Shown piece after piece: positions 13,369 through 26,569 of a stretch of DNA of 64,000 bases. Origin of the DNA: Camelus dromedarius (lineage: Eukaryota); contig NC_087472.1 of assembly GCF_036321535.1 (NCBI RefSeq), forward strand, positions 95,978,001 through 96,042,000, in the 5' to 3' direction. Position 1 is the first letter of the stretch. Every line of letters starts with the position of its first letter. The position numbers and the translations under genes are program-made. Under the pieces are notes generated by a model. That model was not told the DNA's origin. It saw nothing but the letters and a program-made list of their open reading frames with translations, and did not search any database.

Positions 13369-15189
13369 CGTAGAATAAAGCAGGTTCTCCCACACGGCCG
13401 CACACCCTGGGTTATGTACTTTCTAAATCACATACTCAGTAGAGGAGAGTGCCTAGGAGATTCTCCAAGTATTTGAATCTCCTCAAACCTGCATTATGCG
13501 AAGTCTTGATTGACTTGGATGGGTAATACTGCACAGAAATCTTAATCAATATAACTCTACTTAAGAAAACTGTTATCTTCTTCAACTGACTATACTTCAA
13601 TGCAATGTTAAGAAATTCTGAATTTCATCTGACATACTTTCCAGTTATTAGATTGGGGCTATTTGGAGATTTTACAAGATAGTTTTAGAAGGCTTGATTT
13701 TCCTAAAAAAATGCTTCCTGGCGATTTAGGCTCAAGTTAGCCAGGGCTGTATGAATCAACTGTGAAGTATTCTGTGTTACTTTATGAAATATATTTATGC
13801 TAAGATTGCAGTAGTTCAGAAAATCACACACAGTGTCTTTCAGTTGCTTTGGTCAACAAGGGCTGAAATCTCTATGAAGGTAGATCTCACCACATTACCC
13901 CTCCACCCTAGGCTTACCTTCCATTTTCAAGCTCTATCAATATCACAAAATCACTCAATCTACCTACATACCTATCTACATTCTATTCTAAGACCATCCA
14001 CAACCAGTCACATACATACTCTTCGATTTCACTCTCCTTTGAAAATGACAAAATGTAAAAACTGAATTACTCACAAGTTTTACATAGTACAAGTATTCAG
14101 ACAAATGTTAATCAAGACAGTCACTTTTGATATATAAATAGTTCAATGTAAACAGGCATAGGAATAACCATTACATAAACAATCCTTTCATCAGACTTTA
14201 CTGTATTTATGTCAACACTGCAGAAATTCTTCTTTATAAAAAAAGTGTAAGAGCATGGGATAGTAAGTACCTTTGTTAGACTATAAGCATCTTGAAAATA
14301 CCAACCATGTTTCGCTTATTCAACTTTATATCCCAGAATCTAGCACTGTGCACACGTTTGATGAATGGATGATTAAAGCAAAGGAATTCTTTTAGCGCTC
14401 ATTGAACAACTATTATTTGCCAGCTACTATGCCAAGTGAAATAGAAAATATAAAGACAGTAAGTCACAGTTTCAGTTCTGCCACAGAAAAGTGTATTCAC
14501 AGCACTGACCACTAAGTATTAACTAGTACTGTTATTATTAATGATAGTGTCACTAAAAGTTGATCATTACTGGAGCTCAGTGATGGATCCATGGGTGTTC
14601 ATGATGCTATTCTCTTTACTTCTGTATAAGCTTAAAAATTTTGATAATAGGAACTTCAAATAGCAAGACTGTAGACTGTTCAACAGAACTCAGAGACTGC
14701 CAATGTGTCTATGAGTTGAGTTTCTCAGCACACTAGTGATACTGTGTCATCACCCACGTGAGAGGATGACAACATGGGCCCATGACCCATGAGGACATGT
14801 ACTCAGTGTTCTTTTGCCAATAGTGTGGTCATATTTGGGCTCAGCCTTCCAAACTTGTGCCTGGAATCCCTGGCAACATAGTGCCCACATATCTAAGAAG
14901 GTAGACAGTGTTGGGGATACCATCTGCATAAATGATGCAAAAACTGATCAAAGCAAGACTGAGGTAGTAACTCTTATTCATGCAAATTTTTGAGACACAG
15001 TAAAATCTGAACAGAAACTACTTTCTAGTGTCACAAGTGATTCCATGCCAGTAGGCATACAGTGCATCACTTAAAGTGAAGAGCTAGTCCCAAGGTACAC
15101 GTCTTCTTATATTTCTAATTTTTTGTATATTTCATATATAAATGAATGTCTTCTTTTGTGACGTTAAAGACGTCACGGTTAAGAGGTAG

Positions 15190-15810
15190 GAAACAAATGA
15201 CTTACCTAAGAATAAACACAAATTGTAAGGATATACATAGAAAATATTCATTCTCTCTAGGAATCAAATAAATGCAAATTAAATCCAATGGTAAAATACA
15301 GTTTCATATCCACTATGGTAGCAACATCTTACTTAAACATGAGCAGTGATAGTATCACCAATGAAATATCACCACTACAAGCAAATCAGCAAATCTGTGG
15401 TGAAACTGGCACATACATTTTGTTATTATCAACTGTTATTACTCTTTTGCCAAGCAATCTGGCAAGAGCCATATAGATCTTCTTATCTTTTGACTCAAAT
15501 ATTTCCCTTTAAGGAACCTAAACTAAGATAGCAATTCATCCAAAAGCAAAAAAGGCAAATGAATAAAGATGTTCAATATAGTTATTTACAATAGCAATAA
15601 TGTCCATAATCAAGCAAAAATTTTTAAAGATATACCAGCGAAATATAAAAATTAGCAGGATGATTTTTAAGATTAATACAGAAATGTAGAAAAATCTGTT
15701 CATGTTAAGTGAAAACAAGTCTCAAAATAATATACATTATAATTGCTGTCATGTAAAACTATGTTTTAAAGAGTAAGGAAATGTGCAAATATGACAAGCA
15801 TTACTTTAGT
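15190..15810 (+). mobile_element. Highly diverged L1M (L1ME-like) 3' fragment
   Basis: aatcaaataaatgcaaattaaa..caatg...gatgttcaat.tagttatttacaatagc...tgttaagtgaaaa. Confidence 0.55.
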
Positions 15811-16575
15811 ATAGGGGTGTTACGAATGAGTTTTAATTCTGAAACTTCCATTTAATGCCATCATGAGATTCTTTTTCATTAAAATTCCTTTTAGTATGAG
15901 CTTTGACAATAAAATCTATTTATCACAAAATGGGTAAAATGGTATTTGCAAAATGAGCTGAATATGTAAGGATACTCTTTCTAAATGAAAAAGAGAAATC
16001 TGTAACCTAACATCTTGTATTACACAGCACTTTTGGAAACCAAGATTTTATTTTTCAAATTACGTAAGAAAAAATATTCCCTATTTCAACAACTAAGACT
16101 AACCATAAAGTATAACTTATATAGTTAAAAAAAAAAAAAGCACAAGAGCTTTGAATATACAGAACGTGCTAGCGCCATCTTAATTCTAAATAACAATGTC
16201 TAAAAATGCCTTCTGATTACAGTACCTCTAAGGATCATCTTCTGTAAAGTTACACAAACACACACCCCCTCTGTGTCTCTAAGCTTACAGGCCTGCCCCA
16301 AAAACAACTGTAACTGAGGAGGACTGTGAAGAAGGAAATGCTCTCCAGTCCCTGAAACACTAACATATGACTCCACAGAACCTCTGAACGCAGGGCTCCC
16401 ACGACGTAAGTGAGGAACGGAGAAGGAGGGCCCGGTGACAGGCGGGGGTGCATCAGGGCTGGGCACAGAAGAGGGCAATGCTAATGCTCAATCTGTGAGA
16501 TAGTTGTTAATCAGCTAGATAAATAAATTCACGAGCTAGAATTTATTTCAATTGCAAGGATGAGGTGGTCCTTCA

Positions 16576-16881
<306 letters not shown>

Positions 16882-18617
16882 CTAAAAGCTAACATGAGGG
16901 TTAATGTCCAAAAGGCCATTAAGGCCATTACTATTTGTTTTTTAACATTAACTCTACCAAAGGTTGCCAACCTTGCAATGTCAGGTCTGCCCTTAAATAC
17001 ACAGATCTTTTTTTTTTAAAAACGAGGCAGCTAATGCTTCACACAAAATGTGGACAGAGAAAGGCATGTGTTCCATTGGATTTTTATGCAATTACAAAAT
17101 TCCCAAGCAGTTCTATTCTCCGTGTAGGGTAAAATTTTAGAGGCTAAATATTTCACTTTCCTCATGAAGCACCAAGATATTATCTCTAATGTCAACCCAC
17201 CTGAGATGACCACTGGCTAGGAAAATAGGAATATAAAGTTCTTTATGCAAATTTTTTAAAAACCCGAAGATTTCACTTTTCTCTCTTAAAAGCTTCATTA
17301 TATTTCTCAGTGTTCTCGAATTGCATGCTATCCCTCAAAAACTTCATGTTGTTCTAACCAGACACCACCCCCCCCCCGCCAAAATAAAAAGGAAAAAAAG
17401 GAGTAAGGAAGCCAATATTTTATCCATTTCTGAGAAAATGCAGAGCGAGGGTTTGACAGCTGCATTATAATTTGTCAGAAAAAGAACCCTGACAAAAACA
17501 TTTGTATAGCTTTAATTACTAATACATTTCTAACTCAGAGAAATTTACTTCTATTATGATGCATCTTTTCTTAGAAAACACAAAGCTGAAGAGAACACTC
17601 TAATCGACAGTCTATACAAAGTAGTTTCATCTTTGGGTACGTTTGGGGGCAATGAAGCATTTCAAACTATATTTCACAAGAGGCTAACAGTGACCCAGAC
17701 TCAGATGATCAACTCTGCCTAATCAAGAGTAGTTTTGCAGAAGCAACAATTGCTCAATCTCCCAACTTGAACACAAGAGGAAGATAGGGAAACAAGTAAA
17801 AACTGCTGGTATTCAGCAATAGTAAAATCAATCTAAAATTTTGCTTTAAAAAAAAAATTCATCTATTTTCAGAATTGGTTAGGTTCACAAAGCAGGAATT
17901 ACCTGGAAAGATGGTACAAAAAGCACCTAATGACTTGTCTTTTTAAGATGGGTGCTTTATAAGTTAATGTAGCCCTAAAAACAAACAAACAGGTCTTCTT
18001 ATCACAATCTTTAGTCTTGGGTGCAAAGCTAGGGGGTCGGTCATGACATTTATTATTTTGGAGGCACATATGGTATTTGAGAACTACCTCTTAAATTAAC
18101 CTGGGATGAGTAAGAATCTTTACACACAAATGATACAGTCGGGGCCAAAGTCTCACTCCATGGCCCACTTTGAATCCTAGAACATTTTAAGCCACAACAT
18201 GGGGACACTTTAACAATTACGATCCTAAGGAGGCACTAGGAAGATTCAGGAGCACAACACAAGGCACTTTTTAATAGAAACAGTATAGCAAAACAAAACA
18301 AAAACAAGCTAACATCAATGAAAAGTAATGTTGTAATCGTCTAAAATGTGAAGGTTTACCCTCACTGTGAGTTGAAACTCATAAGGTGCATGTTACAGCA
18401 AGCATCTCTTACTGAACAAGTTTGGCTTTGTTTAAGTTTTATCCTATCTGTAAAATTCCACTCCAAGTTAAGTAAGAATTGTTAATATGCAATGATAACA
18501 GTAACAAAAAAAAAAGTTGTGTACTTGTGCTTGGCCGAATCAAAGTATTCTCCACGTCATTAATGCTTGAATTTTTTTAAAGAGAAAAAACAAAAGCAAA
18601 AACAAAAGCTGAACTCA

Positions 18618-18842
<225 letters not shown>

Positions 18843-20022
18843 TTAGTTAGTGCTAGCTTCTCAAACATCAAACAAGGAGAAGATGAACATTGCTACAAAT
18901 TGCCAAGAGTTAATCTGAACAGAACTTGAAGTCACACAAGGCTAGAAGGCATTTACTTAGGTCATATGGGACATGATATTATATTGGGTATGATTCAAGA
19001 GCTTCAGAAAAGCACAGGGAGAAAAACAGACAAAAAGATACATAGACAATAATATAAATATATCATCCCACTCAACCAAAAGATAGAACTGGCAGGCTCA
19101 GTCACAGGAAATTTATGAAAATTCTCAAGTAGTCTTTTTTTAATCTAAAAACTGAATGTATAAGTACTTACCTTCAAACTACCGAATCAGATTAGATAGT
19201 CTAACAACTAGACACATGACCAATAAAACTTTGAGATTAAAATAGTGTCTAAGATCTCCCTATACCTCCCAAAGCACCTTGAATATAAGCAAATAACTCT
19301 CTGCTGAACAAATAAATGAACAGCTACTTGCTCTTTATTGACAAGGTCAAGGCACAGACTGTCACCTCTAGCGACGGTCCAATGAGTACAGTAATGTCAA
19401 GCCTGCTCTCAAGTAAAGACTATAGTTCAAATTTCACACATTTTACGGGGAAAAGACAGGAAGCTGTTAGCTTGTAAGATGATATCTTAGTTTTAGTTTA
19501 TTGGAACAACATCTAACATAGCAAGTGTTGAAGAAACACTTGCTAACTATGAACTGCAACTAGGAGGCTACAAATGATTATTTTTAAATGTCCCCTTGAC
19601 TCTTCAAATATATTTTAAGTACTCCTGTAAAAATTACAGATGTATGTGTATTATGTATGTATGTAGGTAGGTATTTATCCTTATCTATCACTGTATAAAA
19701 TGCATCTGAATACTACTTGAGATGTATTTCTACTTATGAATGACAATGTGATAAGTTCCAACATGATCACATCTTAAACTGAGACTGTTTACAAAAGTAA
19801 AACATATCTATCACTTAAGGAAGAAAAAAATTCCTTTTGAATTTTGCCCTGAAAACAAACAACTGGAGCAGAAGTTAAGAAATATAAAAAAGGATGAAGA
19901 AATGAAGGCATCAAGTTCATTATTTTCAGAAGGATACACATGGACATGAACAGGAATTTATGAAGTTCCATGTACACATGGAATTCATGAAAGCAGGTAA
20001 AATGGATAGTTTCATCAAATTA

Positions 20023-20121
<99 letters not shown>

Positions 20122-20843
20122 CTAATAAAAAGCAACAATTATGAAAATTAGTAAGTGACCATTACACACAGTGAAACTCAAGATTTTCCATACTATAGAA
20201 ATTGCAGGTTCCAGATGAATTTTCAAAAGTCTGTGCTTATTCCTATCCATACTGTCACTGTACAATCGAAGACTAAACCTCAGTAAGCCAGAAAGGCTAG
20301 CACTGCCACATTAAGAAAATCTCCCTCATTTCCTTAAAACAAACAGAAGAGTGGCAGGGGAAGTATCCACTTCCAAATGAATTAAAATGTGGGACTGAAT
20401 AAAGAAAGAGACGAGACAAGGGAAGTGACATCTATATTTACCCACTGTACCACAAACTTAGTGGTCACGACGATTTAGGAAGCAGAAACAAAATGGGTTT
20501 TTTTAAATTCAGGAGCACAAATCCGTATTAAATTCTTAACAGTTTCAAACAGTATTTAGTAGAATATGAAGAGTGCCAAAAAAATCAATCATCACAAACA
20601 ACAGTGGAGCACATACAGTATAAAGGCCTGGAAGTAAACTCTAATTAGCACTGTTACTAATTTGCTTGAAACACTCACATATAGGCTTCAAGCAGCGGCT
20701 AGATCATATCAGTGTTAGTAAAAGAAAAAGGCTATAATCCATTAGGAGGGATTATAAACGTAAACTAGGCATCCTAAGAAGCCATTTCCAGGCTGTCTGG
20801 GTTACAGTTTTCCTTGAATACAAAAAAATGTCATCAGCATTAC

Positions 20844-20876
20844 CTTCTGTACCATCTCCTTTGTATGCATCAAAAT
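20844..20876 (-). CDS. POLA1: DNA polymerase alpha catalytic subunit, 33-nt microexon (ILMHTKEMVQK; human exon 27 equivalent)
   Basis: Minus strand reads tttag|ATTTTGATG...CAGAAG|gtaatg; 11 codons, phase 0/0, in frame with the next exon. Not in the ORF track; read manually. Confidence 0.95.
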
Positions 20877-21329
20877 CTAAATGAAATAAAAAAAAGTCAA
20901 GATTAATGCATTACAGAATTATAGAAACATAAATATAAGCCATTTAGAGATAGGTATGCCAATGATTTGTCATTTCCATACATTTTTAAAGCTCTTGACA
21001 GTTTTCTAACTACAACCCTCAAAACAACAACATCAACGTAATCTAAAAATAATTTTGCCTCTACGCTGGCTGTTAGCTGGAGATACGTAAGCAGATTTAG
21101 TGTAAAGATCTATGTAAGAAGACCTATGTAAAGATCTATTTTTAATAAATATGCATAATAAAACATCCTTTTCTAATACAGCACAAAGGCAAACTATTCT
21201 CGGTATCAATATTTAAATAGAACTGCATGGCTAAAAACAAAGCTTGACAGAGCATTTCAAATCTGGCAATTCTTACAGTATTCAGGATCTTAAAAAGTTA
21301 AAAAAAATACATATATATGATTTAAATTT

Positions 21330-21440
21330 CTTCCTTAGACTAAACTTCTTGAAGGCAGAAAGTAGATCTTTATTATCTATCCCTGGAGCTTGCAAAGTGC
21401 CCAGTACAGAGGTGAGGCTCAATAAACATTCAGGGAACAA
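21330..21440 (+). mobile_element. L2 3' end
   Basis: tagactaaacttcttgaaggcag...aagtgcccagtacagaggtgaggctcaataaacatt. Confidence 0.7.
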
Positions 21441-21619
21441 ACACACATGGTAGATAATACCTGTAGAGAGGTCTGTCCCCAGGCCTAAATAGATGTAAGA
21501 CTGGAGACATATAGGTGATAATGTAGATGTAGATAAAAACATATAAATTATCTGAGACTAGATCAGAAGTAACACATATTTAACAAAGGGAGGCCTCTTC
21601 AAAGGAGTAACACGACATA

Positions 21620-21862
21620 CTGAGCACTCAGTACATGTGTTATGTGTAAAATATATGGGCCGGATACTGTGCTATAAGCATTTCGTGCATTTTCTCATTT
21701 CTTTCTCCGAGATCCCCAAGACAGCCACTGAATACTCCCAATTTTTAGATGCAAAAAACAAAGAGAAAATAATTAATTTGTCCCAGTAAGTGACAGAGCA
21801 AGTATACGAAACCAGGCGCTCTGACTCCAGAGGGTGGGGCCTTAGTCACTACATGCTATTGC
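21620..21862 (-). mobile_element. MIR SINE
   Basis: atactgtgctataagcatttc...ccccaatttttagatg...agtaagtgacagagc...ctgactccagag. Confidence 0.7.
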
Positions 21863-22224
21863 CTCTAGAGCAGCATCCATTGTTCAGAGCATCGATCTAA
21901 ACCAGAAGTCACTCTTCCAACGAGCCAGATAGATTAACTTCATTTATATTTCTTTTTCTTACCTCCAAGAGTCTTCCTTGTCAACTAAGCTCAAACTTCA
22001 TGGTGTCGTTTCTGTCCTTCATGTCTTTTATAATACAAAGCCCTATAAATCCTGACCTTAGAGTATCTTTTATATCTACCCCTTATTTTCCATTTCCACT
22101 GCCTACCTTCCCTGCAGAACTGTCTCCCAATATTGTTTATGCATTCAGTGTCCTATGTTCTTGGGCAAGGAAGACCTTGCCTTGCCCTGGGGGTGATGGG
22201 TGGTGGAGAGTAATGATGAGGCTA

Positions 22225-22366
22225 ACCAGTGGTTTAAATGGTGGCTGTACAGTGGAATCGCCTGAGTATCTTTTGAATAATACCAATACCTGGCCCCACA
22301 ATTCTTTTAAACAGCTCTCAAGATTATTCTTCTGCTTGCAGGCAGGGTTAAGGACCACTGGACTAA
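22225..22366. mobile_element. MER5-like hAT MITE
   Basis: Termini ccagtggttt...ggttaaggaccactgg; internal ggctgtacagtggaatcgcctg. Confidence 0.6.
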
Positions 22367-23134
22367 GATAATCATGATAATCCCATAATGGAAACAGTTT
22401 TTGGCTGACACTTTGTCACCTCCCCAACTAGACCACAAGCTCCTGGAGGTCAGATCCCATGTTTGCACTGAACATCTGACAGGCACTCAAAAAACTGCTG
22501 GCCAGGTGACTGATAGATCTCACAATAATCCCAATCACTTTTCTACCAGACACTAAAATTCAGTTCACTCATGAAAAAGCATCCACTCTCCTCCACTTCA
22601 TCTTCATTTTTTAACATTCAAATTACAGGGAAATGCATTGTGGGAGAATACCTGATAATTCCTTTGGGAAAAGGGCAGTAATGAGATCAACCGAAGTCAG
22701 GTTAATCATAGTGAGGACAGAACTACTTCTCACGAACTACTTCTTCACCCCCTGCCCCTTCCACCCTTCTAAGCTTGGCTTTCCTCATCACAACAGACAG
22801 CTCCACAAGGTAACTATTACGCTAAGTAAAACACCTCCAGCGCCATCTGTCACTACAACTCCACAAGTGCGCTAACGGATGTCTTCTCTCCTTTCACACC
22901 GTAAACCAAACCTACTCTGTCCTGAGTGCGCCTCCAACGTGAACTGGCAACTCTCACTTTTCAGATCCATTACCCACTCCCACAATGTCCTGCCACCAAC
23001 TCACAACCACTTCCACACACTATGTGAGGGCAGTTACTAAAATGAGTCTCCCTTTGGCAGCAGAAACCTCTTGGTGGATGTTTTGCAAAGAAATGGTAGA
23101 AAACTAAGCAAACTATAAAGACTATACTGCAACT

Positions 23135-23432
23135 GCTTTTTCAGCTAACACATTATTTTAGAGATTATACCATACTTACATAAAGAGCTGCCTTATTGTT
23201 TTTAATGACTACATAGCATTCCACTGGCAGATCGGCAGATTACATGTATATAAGGGTTATTTACTGAAGTGGGGTTATGAAGGTAAAGTGTAGAAACCAC
23301 CTACATGTAATCTGCCAATCTGCCAGTAACAAGGTAAACTCCTACAAGAGGACTTATTGGGCCAAAGGTTGTATGCTTCAAATTTTTGATAAATATAGCC
23401 AAACAGGTCTCTGCAGAGTTTGTACCAATTTC
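23135..23432 (-). mobile_element. Old L1M fragment, antisense, interrupted by an inverted repeat
   Basis: tttttaatgactacatagcattcca...ttattgggccaaaggttgtatg..aaatttttgataaata..gccaaa...tgtaccaattt. Confidence 0.65.
23223..23327. repeat. 26-bp inverted repeat with 53-bp spacer
   Basis: Arm 23223-23248 ACTGGCAGATCGGCAGATTACATGTA versus arm 23302-23327 TACATGTAATCTGCCAATCTGCCAGT; one mismatch. Confidence 0.95.
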
Positions 23433-23869
23433 TGAGGATAGTTTTAGTCATCATCTTTCCTGTAGTCTACCACATTCCTAGGACCTAAAAGAGGGCCTGG
23501 TACGTGGCAGCTATCAATGAGTATTTGTAGCATGCTGAATGAATATCCTAAGGAGTCGGCAGTATTATAAACCCCACTTTCACAGGAGGAAAACTAGGCT
23601 CTATGATTTTGCCCAAAGTAACAGAGCTAATCAAGAGTGTGATCTGGAATCTGGTCCTTACGTTTCATTTTCTTTTCATTATGTCACACTGCCTTGTTAC
23701 AAAGCCCATTCCACATGAATGTTCTAGAAGCCAACGATCAAAATCTTACACATTACAGATATCTTCCCCATTAAGGAAATGCATTTTTTAAAAAAAGCCA
23801 CAGGTATCCAGAAAGGTCAACTGGACACAAGGTACAGTGATTACAAGATGGCCGTTTCCAAGTTCACTT

Positions 23870-24510
23870 CAAAGTGACAAGCCTAATATTAAAGTGACCC
23901 ATTCTGACAGAAAATCATTTTCTAAGTGCCAGCAGCTAGAAAACAGGGCTATAAAGTCTTGCTAAATTCATTAATAAGGCAGTCTGCAGTTATCTGATTT
24001 CACAGCAACACCTGCATATTTATCTACTCATTACCAATTGGATGATGGAATTTTTTCAAGCACATTTCAAAAATCTGCCAACTTCAAGTGTAAAAAAATA
24101 AACTTTGTGGTTAATTTTTCCCTTAACAAAGTACAGCTGTTGAGAATAATTGTTCAAGATCTTACCCTGTAATGTCAACTGCAGCAGAACAAAGAGTATT
24201 TAATTAGCAAATCTATCCAGTAATTCAACACCTATTATATAAAATGCCTTCATGATTTTATTCAGGATAATTTGCTAAGAGGGTTATTACTGACATTCAG
24301 ATGGAATTTAAAATTCCTACGCAAGTCGAGTCATAATAGCAGTAATGATCTCCCCAATCAGGAGATTCGGTGTCACACGAGGCTCTCTTGCAATGCAGCA
24401 GCCCATTTCCTGACTTCTTAATTCCTGGGCTCAGCTCAGTGAGAGCCCTTCATGCCGGTATTTCAGTCAGCAATACAGCTTTAATGGGACTCTATTAAAA
24501 TAACTAGAAC
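23870..24510. promoter_or_regulatory. Putative ultraconserved/enhancer element of the POLA1-ARX regulatory block
   Basis: Repeat-free, high complexity, many TAAT/ATTA and TGACA motifs, several retained CpGs. It lies 3-3.6 kb before the microexon, roughly where I recall human uc.460. Confidence 0.6.
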
Positions 24511-26289
24511 AAAAATGACTTTTTTGGGGGGTTAAAAAGAATGACAGCACTGCCATCATATCAATCATCGCAGGCTCTGCAGAACAGGGCGGGGTGGGGG
24601 GGCAGGAAAGGAGTGGGGCTGAGGGTGGGGAGGACAACAATTAAAGTAATACGAAAAGGTGTTTTAACCCCAATCAGAGCCGCCAAATGCTGGGGAAGGG
24701 TGGGGAGAACCAAAAAGGAAATGTTAAGTGTATTGCAAAAACTTGCTTCCTGAACAGAATAACTGGTTCAGGGATACAACCCACAACGTGGTTTACTAAG
24801 CAGAGAGAGCACGTCTGTTGGGTCGGAGGTGAACAACAGTGGTGACCTGGGACCAACTGCAACCGAGGTGTGCGGGTACAGGTTCTCCTAGCAAGCCCAG
24901 GATAAAGCCAGGCTCTTTACTTTTCGCTAGAACAGAGTACTAGTGCCTTGCCATGCATTCATTCAAAGGTTATGAAATGTCTGTAGATGCTATTACAGAC
25001 TGCAACAGCGCTTATTAATACTAAATGGGAGAAAACACCAACTTTCCAGTTAAAAAACGCCTCAAGCTCCTATTTCAAAAGTATGGATTTATTATACCAG
25101 TATCTACTAACAAGAAACCCACTTTGGTGTCTGATACAGAAACTAAACACAACGGAAATCTTCTAAGTGAAGAAAATGCTAGGTAAGGTCACATTCGAAA
25201 CAAGTAACACATGAACAGAATGACAAGTGAAATCTCAAATGGCTTTAGGATTCTTCTGTTAGTGATGACATAAAATTAGAAATAAACTGGAAAGTTTCTA
25301 AAATACATTAGCATGATAGGGGGAGCAAAATGAATGGTTTTGAAGGATAGGGGAGAGAAAAGAAATATAAATATTATGATATGTGGTAATCAGACCACTA
25401 TCTAAGCTTTCCCTATTCCCAATTTCAGCAATTTCCAAGCAGGACTCAGTGTTACTCAGTTCTCCTGGTTGGCGAACATCTTTTATTTCATCTTATTAGA
25501 TGGACTTTTTCCTATTTTCCTAATCTCTGTTATTCTTAGATGTGTGTCTTCTCTAAGATGCTCAAGGAGCAAGGCCTTTGGTTTAATAAGCACCTTACTT
25601 TGTCTCCACCATTCCTGTGACACTGGTTTCCTTACTGCCTTTAAAACTTGGCTTTACTCTCTTTAAAACTGGGATAACACTACCACTTAATTCCCTGAGC
25701 TAGGTGGGAATAAGAACTGTAGGCTGAAAACATGCTTTGCAAAGATAAAATGTTACATAAATGAGTTCAAAAACAAACAAAAAAAACAAAAAACACAAGT
25801 CAGGGGTCTGAAATCTGAGTCCTGGTTTAAACTGACAATTATTAATTAGCTAAGCGATGTGAGAACAAGTTGGTTTCCCTCCCTAGGCAATGGCATCCTC
25901 ATTTATAAGATTAAGAGGTTGGGATTCCTCCCAGATAGAAATATCTAGAATCCAAGTTTGACAAATAGCAATATCTCTTCCTTATATCTGGTTGTTTTGT
26001 CATTGGACCATATTCATTTCTTTAGTATTAGGAAAAGGAGGCACTAATATATCCAACAAAGATAACTAGCATTACAAGAATGTATTTCCATATTCTAGAT
26101 TGCTTTTGAAGGCTATGTGGTTGTAAAATAACTAGAAACATGTCAGCTCTCCCAAGTTGTCTACTTAATTTAACGAGTGTACGTATTTATAGTACCTAGA
26201 AACATATGCCACCTTCTCTTGCGACCCACCCCCCGCTCCCCCCATCCCAAACCCACGGGGGAGATTATACACACATCTACATATATACG

Positions 26290-26413
26290 TCAGTGCTTCT
26301 CATCCTCAGCACTACTGACATTTTAGGCCAGATAATTCTTTGTCATCAGGGACTGTCCCAGGCCTCTACTCACCAGATGCCAGTAGCATGCATGCACATG
26401 CATGTGTGTGCAG

Positions 26414-26444
<31 letters not shown>

Positions 26445-26531
26445 TTCTCCAGTTATGACAACCAAAATTGTCTCCACATATTGCCCAATGATTCCTGGGG
26501 AGCGTAACTGCTCTTGGTTGAGATTCAGTGA
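26290..26531 (+). mobile_element. MER20 hAT MITE containing a (CA)n repeat
   Basis: cagtgcttctca.cctcagcactactgacattt.aggccagataattctttgt...ccagatgccagtagca...tgacaaccaaaattgtctccac...ggttgagattcagtg. Confidence 0.88.
26414..26441 (+). repeat. (CA)n microsatellite, about 14 units
   Basis: acacacacac... seen directly. Confidence 0.95.
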
Positions 26532-26569
26532 TCATACACTGATGACTCAACATTTTCTCTCTCCAAGCC

